From the NCBI GenBank assembly GCA_000388065.2, contig KB932201.1: a stretch of DNA of 27,686 nucleotides, one strand, 5' to 3'. The notes below the pieces were generated by a model. The model saw nothing but the letters and a program-made list of their open reading frames with translations, was not told the DNA's origin and made no database searches. Positions 11,566 to 21,768 of this stretch are shown in pieces (within the stretch, counting starts at the first letter, position 1; every line of letters begins with the position of its first letter). The stretch is from Fonticula alba ATCC 38817. Lineage: Eukaryota; Protista; Nucleariida. Made by a program: the position numbers and the translations under genes.

Positions 11566-14500
11566 ATGCCGCCCAAGCCCCAGACGGTCCGCCGGCGCTC
11601 GGCCCCGGCCAAGCCGATGGCCCTGACCAAGGAGGCACTTGCCCTGCATGACCGCATCCAAAATGAGATGTTCGAGGAGCAGAAGGAGCAGCTGGCTCTG
11701 CGCAAGCGCCTGGAGGCGCGCCGGCGCCTGTCCGGCCAGCCGGACTCCGATGATGAGGACCTCCTGCCGCTGGGCGGCAATGCCATGACCACTGACGACG
11801 GCGCCGCCGCCCCCTCGACCGGCGCCGCCGCGCCGACCGACCCGGCCGACCCGTTCGATGTCATCCGGCGCCAGCTCCACTCGACCCTGCCGAGCCACCG
11901 GAACAATGTGGCCATCCTGGCGGCCGTCGAGGAGACCATCGCCGCTCAGGGCTTCGACCGGACCCCGACCGCCTACTTCGGTGCCCTTGTGAGCCTGCTG
12001 GCCGGGCAGGTGGCCGAGGCCGATGCGCTGCCCGTCCGGGCGACCGGCGGTCGCCAGCGCCGCGGCAAGGCCCCACTCAACTCCAATGACGATGAGTCGG
12101 CCATCTGGAATGCGATTGTCCTGCTTCTGTCGCTGATCATCAGCCGGGTTGAGGCGTCGGTCCTCTGCGCTCGGTACGCCGACCTGGCGCAGCTCTTCTC
12201 CAAGGCCCTGGGCCACTATGTGGAGTCATCGGCCACCACGCGTGCCCTGTTGGAGTGTCTGGCTCGTCTGCTCGGGGCCATCGAGGCCCCCATGTGGACG
12301 CTGTCCACGTCCACCGCTCTGGTGGGCCAGATGGTCAGCCTGTGCATGGACCAGCGGCCGAAGGTCCGCCGCAAGGCGGTCGACACGCTGACCGCCCTGT
12401 ATGCCGGGCTTGGTCCGAATGCGGTGGCCAGCGCGCGGCCCATCTTCCACAAGGAAGTCGCGGCCCTCTTTGCCACGCTGCACACCGAGTACACCGCCCT
12501 GGCCCAGCAGGCGTCCATCGCCTCGGCCGCTCAGCAGGACCCCCTGAACAACCTGACCGCGGGCGATGACAACATGGAGGACGTCGAGGCCGGCAGCAAC
12601 CCGGCCATGGCCCTGCTCTCCAGCAAGCTCATGCACCTGATGCGTCTGCTGCAGGACATCTTCAAGGTACCGGCCGATTGCCTTCTTTCGCGTTGCCCAT
12701 TGCATGGTTGTCTCTTTGACGGCCCCGTGCCCCCTCCCCCGGTCGAGCCCTTTTTTGACATTGTGTGTTTCTCTCTCTCTCTCTCTCTCGGTCCTTTGTT
12801 CAGCATCTTGGCCGTTCCGATGATGCCTTCCTCATGAAGCCGCTGCTGGTTCTGGACGAGGTGTACCGCGGCCTGGAGGAGGATGAGCAGCCCCACTTGC
12901 AGAAGGAGATCGAGCAGACTCTGCAGGCCGGCTGCCTGTCCTTCGGCCCGGAGATGCTGCTGGCGTCGCTGCCGCTGAACATTCGCCGTTCGGAGATCGA
13001 GTCCGGCAAGGTCAGCCGCCCGTGGCTTCTCTACGTCATTCGCAACCACATTCCTCAGGGATCCTCGATGGCCTACTTTGTGCAGAACATCGTTTCTCTG
13101 GCGAACGACATGAAGGCGTGCGTCACCTGGTGATTTTTCTCTCTCCCTTTCTCTCTCCCTCTCTCCCTCTCTCCCTCTCTCCCTCTCTCCCTCTCTCCCC
13201 CTCCCCCTTTCTCTCCCTCTCTCTCCCCCNNNNNNNNNNNNNNNNNNNNNNNNNNNNNNNNNNNNNNNNNNNNNNNNNNNNNNNNNNNNNNNNNNNNNNN
13301 NNNNNNNNNNNNNNNNNNNNCTCTCTCTCTCCCTCTCTCCCCCTCTCTCTCTCCCCCTCTCTCTCTCCCTCTCTCCCTCTCCCTCTCTTTCTCTCCCTCT
13401 CTTCATGAATTGCCCTGACCTTCTCCCAACTCACATCTGTGCGTTTTCCAACTCCAGTGAGCAGGAGGCCCTGATCGCCAATGGCCAGCCCATGGTGGCC
13501 GTGCAGTTCCGCAGTCTCTTTTTGCAGCTGTGGGCCCTGTTCCCCGGGTTCTCCAAGCTCCCAAGCGATTTGGAGCACTTCCGCAACATCGCCCGCGATG
13601 TGGGCACCTTGATCCAGACGGAGGATGACCTGCTGATTGATGCGTGCCACGGGCTGCAGGCCCTGGTGTCTTCTGGCCTGGGTGCGTCGGAGGAGCGGGC
13701 GGCTCATGTCCGCGCGGTGCTCGGCCCCTTCGCCAAGAACTACATGCCGCTGCTCTTCAACCGGATTATGGGCGCGGCGTCGCAGTTCCAGGACCCGCTG
13801 GTTGGGACCATTCGCGAGTACTCGCGCCTGACGGATCCCGAGGTACATGCAAGCACATGCGCACGCCGGCGCCGCGCACGCGCGTGTGCCCCCCCCCCCC
13901 TCCCCCCCTCCCCGGACTGGGCATTTTGCTTGTCCCCTCCCCTCTCCCCCGTCGGGCTTTTATCTTTTTATTTTTATTTTTTTTCACCAACCAGCCGTAT
14001 GCGCTGGAATGTCCCCCTCTCGTGTCTCTCACCTTCTTCCCCTCCCTCCTCCCCCTCCCCTCGGCGTTAGCTTCTTGACTCCTTCGTTAGCCGGTGCATT
14101 GCTCGCCTGACCAGCGCCGAGTCCGACGACAACACTCGGGACATGATGCTCACCCTGTCGATCGCCATGTCCCCTTCGATGAACCTCGAGTCTAAGGCTC
14201 GCATTTTCCAGGCACTGCCGACCTTCCTGGCGTGCGAGGATGCCATGCTTCAGAAGCGCGCCTACCGGTGCCTGCTCACCGTGTCCGATAATGTCGGGCA
14301 TATGGTCATCAGTTCGGCGCAGGCCTCGGCCGTGCTCGGGTCCCTTCTGACCCTGGAGTCGGTCAGTGCCGGTGCCAAGCGCGACCGTCTGCGCTGCATG
14401 CTGGCTCTGCTTACGCGCATGGATGATCCGGCCTTCCTGGCGGCCGTGCCGTCTGTCATGCCGGAGGCCATCCTCGGCTGCAAGGAGGTCAACGAGAAGA

Positions 14501-15956
14501 CCCGCCGCACGTCCTACGACCTGCTGACCGATGTCGGCAAGCGCATGGCTCAGCTCGGCTCGACCCCCCTGTGCCTGGAGAACCCGGATGCCAGCCTGAA
14601 TGGCTTCTTCAAGATGACGATTGCCGGCCTGGCGGCCAACAGCCCGCACATGATCAGTGCCACGGTTTATGCCCTGTCGACCCTGGTCTTCCAGTTCTGT
14701 GGTACGTGTGGCCGGCTGTTTGTCTGGGTTTCGTCTTCCCATTGATCTTTTCTCCCTCCTCCCCTTTCTTCTTCCTCCTCTTCTTCCTGTTGATGCCGCG
14801 ATCCCTTCTCCACTGCTCACATTGGCCCCCCCCCCCCCCGACGCCGTGTCGCATTTCCATGCACTCACCTTCTCCTCTTCCCGTCCCTTGCTCCATGGTG
14901 ACAGATCAAATGGAGCTCAGCACCTTGTCGGTTGTCATCGACACCATCCTGCTGATCCTCAAGTCCAAGACCAAGGAGAATGTCAAGGCCGCCATCGGCT
15001 TTGTCAAGGTGATGGCCGTGCGGGTGCCGGCCGAGCGCCTGGGTGCCCACCTGCCGGGCATCGTCGAGGGCCTGCTGGTGTGGGCCGATGAGCACTCGCA
15101 TCACTTTAAGATTCGCGTGCGGGAGATCATCGAGCGCCTGGTGCGGAAGTTTGGTTACCAGATTATCGGCAACCTCATCCCGGCCGAGCACCAGAAGCTG
15201 CTGGACTACATCCGGAAGTATCGTGTTCGGGAGTCGGTCTTCGGCGAGGGCAACACCGCCGAGGACAATGAGGAGACCATGGCCTTCGACTCGTCGCTGT
15301 CCATCGGCGGCCGGTCGGCCCGGCGCCTGGCCTCCACCTCGACCCTGGGTCGGAAGCGCGGCCGCGGCGAGGAGGAGGATACCCTCGAGGGGCTGGAGGA
15401 TCTGGCCATCGAGACCGACAGCGAGGATGAGGCGGTGTCCGTGCACACCACCCGCACGGCCCGGTCCATGGCCCGGTCGCTTAAGTCCACTCAGTCCGCC
15501 AAGACCACCAAGACCACGGCCACCAACAAGACCTCCAAGTCGGTGGCCATGTCGGTGTCCGGCAAGTCGGTGTCCGGCAAGTCGGTGTCCGGCAAGTCGG
15601 TGTCCGGCAAGTCGGTGTCCGGCAAGTCGATGGCTGCTACCACCCGGTCCTCGGGGGCCCTGTCCACCATGAGCAAGTCTGTGCGTGGCAAGCGCGCGCC
15701 GCAGCCCACCCCCCTGCAGCGGGCCATGGAGGATGCCTCCAAGTACAAGTCCAAGCGTGGCTTCGGTGATGTCAAGATTGCCGACCAGCCCGACCCGTAT
15801 GCCTACCTGCCGCTGAACCCCATGGCCCTGTCCAAGCGCCGTGGTACCAAGCACAATGTCGAGATGCAGGATGCCCTGAGCGTCGCGCTCAAGAGCAACC
15901 CCCGCGGTGCCAAGGCTCGTGCCCTGCAGCCGGAGCGCAAGCGTCGCCGCAAGTGA
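11566..15956 (+). CDS. RRP12: Ribosomal RNA-processing protein 12 (NUC173 domain), 1160 aa
   Basis: Exons 11566-12666, 12804-13117, 13458-13842, 14071-14701, 14905-15956 (3483 nt, in frame). Recognised motifs: ILAAVEETI..TPTAYFGAL, DQRPKVRRKA, GPEMLLASLPLN..RPWLL, QLWALFPGF, KENVKAAIGFVKV and GDVK..PDPYAYLPL. Basic C-terminus KRRRK. Confidence 0.92.
13133..13402 (+). repeat. CT-rich low-complexity tract spanning an assembly gap (RRP12 intron 2)
   Basis: (CT)n/(CCCTCT)n on both sides of the N run at 13230-13320. Confidence 0.95.
15551..15629 (+). repeat. Coding 15-bp tandem repeat x5 encoding (SVSGK)5 in RRP12
   Basis: Five identical GTCGGTGTCCGGCAA units plus GTCG. Confidence 0.97.
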
Positions 15957-15964
15957 GCTGCATG

Positions 15965-16006
<42 letters not shown>

Positions 16007-16015
16007 ATGCGTGCG
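15965..16015 (+). repeat. (GCGT)n tetranucleotide repeat just 3' of the RRP12 stop
   Basis: About 10 perfect units followed by degenerate copies. Confidence 0.95.
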
Positions 16016-16307
16016 TGTGTTTGCACCTGTGCTTGAGCGTGCCTGGCTACATTCGGAGGGAAGGAAAGAGGGGGGACATCCGTGGGAACATCCCCTCTCT
16101 CCCCCTGGGGAGCGGCGTGTTTGTCCTATTGTCGCTGGCTTCACTGCGTGCAAATGTGTCCTCGCTTTTTGCCCTTCCCATTTCCCTTTGTCGTCGGCGC
16201 GGGAGCCGGCCTCTCCCCTCTCCCTCCCTTTTCCTTCTCTCTTTCTCTCTCCCTCTCTCTCCTTCCACATACCCTCACCTGTGGGGGCTATGTGGCTCAA
16301 ATAGATT

Positions 16308-16313
16308 AATAAA
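16308..16313 (+). terminator. Candidate polyadenylation signal AATAAA for RRP12
   Basis: AATAAA in a short AT-rich patch about 350 nt after the RRP12 stop, between convergent genes. Confidence 0.35.
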
Positions 16314-16469
16314 AGCCGCGAGACCCCCCCCCCCCCCTGAAAGCACAACGAGGGAGAGGACAAGCCGCAGATCAACAGAGGCATCTATGGAAGAAGGGGG
16401 GCAGGACACTCTTACTTTCTCATGCGATCGAGAAAGCTGTTGGTGAGGACGACTGGGCTCCTCCTGGGG

Positions 16470-16615
16470 TCAAGCTCCGGTAGGGGGGAGCCGGATCCAA
16501 AGTCCATCGAAGCGGGCCACTTGTTCCTGATCCGCAAGGATTTCCTTGCGCTCACGCAGAGCCGGCTTGAGAGCCTTATCGGCGAAGAGCTGGAACTGGT
16601 CATTGACATGACCTT

Positions 16616-16667
<52 letters not shown>

Positions 16668-18378
16668 CCACACGCATGTAGCAAAGTATCTGTGTTAGTT
16701 TTGATGGGCAAATGACGCGACAAGCGGCCGAGAGGGGTGGGTCAGGAGGAAAGGCAAGTATTGCCAGCAGCCATCGTACCATAGACTCGTGCACCGCGAG
16801 AACCCGGCGTAGCATTGCCATACGGCATACAGGTAGCGGCGATCGGCCGGGACCGGATAAAGCCATCGGCGTCCACTTCCCGGTTGTCGGCCATATAAGC
16901 CAGGAGACCGGTGTACGAGTCACCACCATATGGCCCGATGTCGGCCTCCTTCCACCAGAGGCTTCGGAAAGTGTCGAAGGTGCCGTGCGCCGGAAGGACC
17001 AAGCGCTGATCCTCGTCCTCGGGCGGGGCCGTGTGCTGGTAGGCATAGAACTTGTGCATGTCACCCCAGGAGGCATCCAGGGGGTGCCCGGCGGCGGCCA
17101 CGGCATCGGCCGCGCGCAGGACCGATTCCACCGCTGCCGTCAGGTCGGAGAGAGTGTGCGGCGTGTTGAGCGGATCCTCCGCCAGCCAGGGCACCAAAAA
17201 GTACACCCCACGCTGCTTGCGCAGGTACATCTCAAACAGGAAGGACCCAGGCGATACGGCATCGTATGTCCGATCCCAGGAGGTCCAGATGGCATGGATC
17301 TCGGCCAGACGGGGATCGGCCTGCGAGCCGCGATTGGCCAGCTCCTGGCCAATGGCCTCCAGGAGCTCGTCCAAATAGTGCAATGCCGCCTCCTTCAACG
17401 TCGAGTGCTTGTGCCGGACCATGGTGTCAAAGTCAAAGCGGTCCTCCATGTGGAGCAGGCGAACCGACACTTGGGGGCTAAGCACACATGCCAGGTCAGA
17501 AAGGAAGCCCCGGAGCCGGAATGTACCTGCACACATGGGCGCAAGGGTCTTCTTGATGTGCCACGAGGGCGTTTGGTGTTGTGTGTTCGCGTCGGGCCCA
17601 TGCGTGTGTATGGATGCATGTATGTACGTGTGTGCGAGCAGGAAGCACGCACCGGAAACTCATGTAAGGCTTCATGCTCACGTAAGCCGGGAAGTTGGCA
17701 GGATCCAGGGTCGGGAGAAAGAGCGGGAAGGTCGCGGTCCAGGGAGACTCATTGGCGTTGTGGACCCAACCAGAGGCAGGGTCTTGGATGTGCGGCAGCT
17801 CGGAGAGCGGGTGAAGCTCGGTCCAGAAGGTGCGACTGGTGTTACCCGGCACGGCCATATTCCAGTAGTTGTAGTCACCAAAGGAACGGACGGGCACGAA
17901 GCCGTTGAATTGGTTGAGAATCGACCCATCGGCCGAAGCCGCCACAACTGTGAGGGAAGCCAGCTGGGTGGTGTACAAGCCAAGGGGAAGGAGGGAGGAG
18001 AAGACGGAGGAATGTCAGAGGGTATGCCACGGGTCAGGAGGTTCTCGAAGTGACAGGGCGAAGAAGGAGGCAAGAGGTAAAAGCGCACCTGGAGTTGGTC
18101 AATGGCCGCACGGAACTGAGCCATGCTGCGCGCTCGACCCATGTCCCACCATTGCTTGATATAGCCGGCACGATCGGCACCAGCACGGCGCTATGTTGCC
18201 AGAGGCAGGAAGGCATCCGGGAGTCGGTCAGGAGATGGCGGACAAAGCGAACGGCGGAAAAAAAAGAACACAGCAAGGGACCAGCGTACCAGGACGGCCA
18301 CCTTATTGTGCTTGCGATTGACCACATGGCCGTGGATGGTCTTCTCCACAACCACGGTGTGGGCCTCGTAAGATCTAA

Positions 18379-18451
<73 letters not shown>

Positions 18452-19877
18452 TGTGTGGGTATGGGTATGGGTGGATGAGAGCGAGAAAGAGAAAGCAGGA
18501 GAGGGAAAATGAGAGGGAGAAGGTCATGGTGACCAGGAAAAGGGCCCAGAGAGCTGGGAAAAAGGCCCGTAGAGGGGGCCAATGTCGCACCCGTCATCCA
18601 GCAAGACCTTGAAGGGAAACTCCTCCACTTGCATTTGCATTTCCACACCATCAAAGAGGTATGTGGAGTTGTCGTGCGACAGTTCCACCTCATATACGGT
18701 CCAGGGGGTGATGATGTTTACGGTGTGCGTCCTGAATGGGACAGGGCACGCGGGTTAGCTTGCGCATATGGCTGGGCGTGGCCCACATGGGCTGCCAAGT
18801 TTGACGGCGAGACGGGGGGCGCACCAGCCGACATAATCGTTGAAGGCAATCTGCAAGTTGGGCCAGGACAGGATGCCCGCGCCATAAAGCTGGGAACAGG
18901 GGAAAATGAGCGCGGCAGAAAGGATACAGAGTGAGCGAGACGCCTCAGCGGGCAAGGTAATCCATGGTGGCCTTTGGTCGACGCACATTGACATTTTCCG
19001 ACTCGATGACAAAGTGCGCCTCGTACCAGCGGAAAATGCTGACGAAGGGCAAATGCGGATTCTGGTTGAGTAGAGTGATGACGTCCGGGGCCACCTTCGG
19101 GCCATTCATGGCCCAGCTGCTGGGATGTCAATGAAAGCAACCTCGAGCCGGCCAGGTCTACAGGGAACACCGATTCAGGAACACCCGTCGGGGAAAGGCA
19201 AGGAGGCGTGGCGGTGGCGGAGGAGGAGAGGGAGGAGCGGGCACGTACGCATTCGAGCCGAAGTGCTCCCAGTGCTCCTCGGGGATTTGCCGGATGTCAT
19301 GCAGGTAGTCGACGTAGGCCGAGTAGTGGCGAGTGGGCGTCTCATTAGCCATGCTGGGCAGGGGGCGGAGGAGGAGGGGAAAGCATGTGAGAGAGGGCAT
19401 GGGAGGGGGCATGGGGGGAGGAAGGTGGTTTCCGGGGGCGGAAAATTGTGCGATAGCGGCACGGCGATCACACGGCAGCGCACCGGAAGTAGTCTGGCTC
19501 CTCAGAGGCCCCGTCAGCCGAGGGGGACCACCACTGGGCCTTCTCATTGCCGCTCCAGTAGGCATAGAAGTAGTGAATGCGCACGGTGCTCTTCATGATG
19601 TCGAGCGCCGAAACCGGCATGACCAATGTCGTGTTGAAGGGGGCCGTGAGCAGGTCGTCCGGGAACTGGCCAAAGTAGTGGTTGAAGCCAGCCGCAAAGT
19701 ACTCCAGCTGCTGCACTGTTTCCGGGTGCTGCTTGGCAAATAGATCCTCCGCCACGTTGGGGATGTCATTGGCCCACACAAGTGCGTCAGATTCCTGATC
19801 CGAGAGGAGAGAGCGAGTCAGAGCTTGAAGAGGACACAGGGCCGAAATGGATGTCCATATGTGCATGCATGCATGTA

Positions 19878-19974
<97 letters not shown>

Positions 19975-20144
19975 NNNNNNNNNNNNNNNNNNNNNNNNNN
20001 NNNNNNNNNNNNNNNNNNNNNNNNNNNNNNNNNNNNNNNNNNNNNNNNNNNNNNNNNNNNNNNNNNNNNNNNNNNNNNNNNNNNNNNNNNNNNNNNNNNN
20101 NNNNNNNNNNNNNNNNNNNNNNNNNNNNNNNNNNNNNNNNNNNN

Positions 20145-20207
<63 letters not shown>

Positions 20208-20645
20208 GGTGGGCGGGTGCATGTGTGACGCACAATCCACTCCGCGCCCCAATACTCAGACGCACGGCCGCGTGCGGTGGCGATGAAACGGATAACCTCC
20301 TGGCCATGATCCCGGGCCTGAGCATAGCCATAGGCGAAGCTCTGTGCGCCAGGAGGAAAAAGGGAAGATGAGATTGGTCAAGATCAGCATCAAGGCGGGG
20401 TGTGGGTTCGGGCGGCGAAAGGACGCGCCCACACGCACCAGGTCCTTGGTAGAATTAGCGAAGATATGAGGCACGCCCCAGGAATCCCAGATGATCTCCG
20501 CATCGATTTGGTCCAGAGGGCGTGTGCGGTTGGTCAGGCCGGCAGCCGGCCGGCAAAACACCCCGAGCAGAGCCAGCAGCAAGACCAGCAGCAGCGACAG
20601 GCCTGACGCCCGAGGGGCCGCACGGGGGGGGAGGGCCGGCGCCAT
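16470..20645 (-). CDS. Secreted peptidase S45 Ntn-hydrolase (glutaryl-7-ACA/penicillin/AHL acylase family), 796 aa precursor
   Basis: 12 exons: 20645-20439, 20341-20234, 19794-19484, 19353-19249, 19116-18987, 18889-18825, 18731-18591, 18374-18290, 18190-18089, 17963-17653, 17477-16795, 16612-16470 (2391 nt, in frame, all GT-AG). Motifs: IIWDSWGVPHIFA, YGYAQARDH, ARGRASEYWG, FG-SNAWA (nucleophile Ser242, codon 19256-19254), QNPHL, WYEAH, HTVN, IHGHV, FNG, HNANESPW, PYGNATPG, HVNDQ. Colinear with the recalled cephalosporin acylase sequence. Confidence 0.92.
16621..16666 (-). repeat. (CA)23 in acylase intron 11
   Basis: (TG)23 on the + strand. Confidence 0.95.
18380..18447 (-). repeat. (CA)34 in acylase intron 7
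   Basis: (TG)34 on the + strand. Confidence 0.95.
19882..20205 (-). repeat. Long (CA)n in acylase intron 2, spanning an assembly gap
   Basis: (GT)n on both sides of the N run at 19975-20143. Confidence 0.95.
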
Positions 20646-21383
20646 GGTCTCGTCCGCTTGGCTCGAGTGCCGGGGAGGAGGAATCGCCAAAAGGATGGGA
20701 GAAAGGGCCTGTCCAAGCACGAGAGGGATTGGGACAAGAGGAGAAGGGAAGAAAGACAAAAGAGGAGGAGGAGGAGGAGGAGGAAGAAAACCTCGACAGG
20801 AGCCAGGAATCATCCAAGGGAAAGGGGCGCATGTTCACCCCGCAGATGCAGGCCCATCCGGGCCGGCGCCCCACCCCGGTTTCAGGCAGCCCGTTGTGTT
20901 CCGATCGAATCCCCCCCCCCGGTCTGGCCACTCGGCCGCCCTGGGGGGGGGGGGGGGGGACGGGAATCTTGCCGGTGGGGACATACACGAGCGAGATGGT
21001 ACACGCACCTGGCCCTGCTCTGGCGGGCGAGCACGTGCGCCTGCGTGCGTTTATCTCCGGATCCGGAGGAGTGAGATCGCCCCCGGCCGTGGCCAATACC
21101 CCCACCGTCTGCCGCCCGAAAAATAATACCCTTGTCTGGGCCGGTCCGTGGGCAGCGGCCCGAGCCGCGCCCCCTTGGTTCCGAGACCCGATCACGCAAT
21201 GCCTCTCTCTGCCCAGATAGGCGCCAGCCGCGATCCTTCGGCCGCCGTGGGGCCAATGTCGCATGTGGCCCGAGGGCAGATACACACAGGAGGGCGCATG
21301 TTCATTTGCTTGGCCCTGCTCCCCCGGGGACGTCTCGTCTATTCTTGCGACACATGCCGGAGGGCCTCTCCCGAGCCCGGATC

Positions 21384-21679
21384 TCAAAGCTCCTGGCGCG
21401 AGGCGGGGTGGGCCGACTCGGGCGACTCATCTGGCGCGTCCTCCGATTCGGCACCCGACGGAGAGGGAGAGGGCGCTTGCGGCGAGGGCAGCATTCCTCG
21501 GTCACGATGCCCGCCCAGATCCCCGGGAAACAGGGTATCAATGATATTCTGGAGGGCGTCCAGCTCCTCGTCGGTGAGGTCTTCAGCCAGCAGAGTGCGG
21601 ATGGCATGGCGATCGAGGGCCGCCCCTCCCAGGGGATTGGGCCTGTGTGNNNNNNNNNNNNNNNNNNNNNNNNNNNNNN

Positions 21680-21768
<89 letters not shown>

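Noticed and set aside
15551-15629. CRISPR array, tRNA, rRNA or transposase anywhere in the window
   Set aside because: The tandem repeats have no spacers, and no cloverleaf, rRNA-like or transposase/RT motifs were recognised.
15953-15958. GTGAGC donor-like sequence overlapping the RRP12 stop
   Set aside because: +4 A donors are not seen elsewhere in the window, and KRRRK-stop follows the conserved terminal RRP12 motif at a plausible distance.
19468-20371. ORFs with HTHTHT / CVCVCV tracts (also near 7150, 11220, 16620, 18380)
   Set aside because: These are translations of intronic (CA)n microsatellites, not His- or Cys-rich proteins.
16613-20438. Introner (transposon-derived intron) origin for the 11 acylase introns
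   Set aside because: By eye the introns share only splice consensus and simple repeats, vary in length (93 to over 200 nt) and show no terminal repeats. An all-vs-all alignment against genome-wide introns would settle it.
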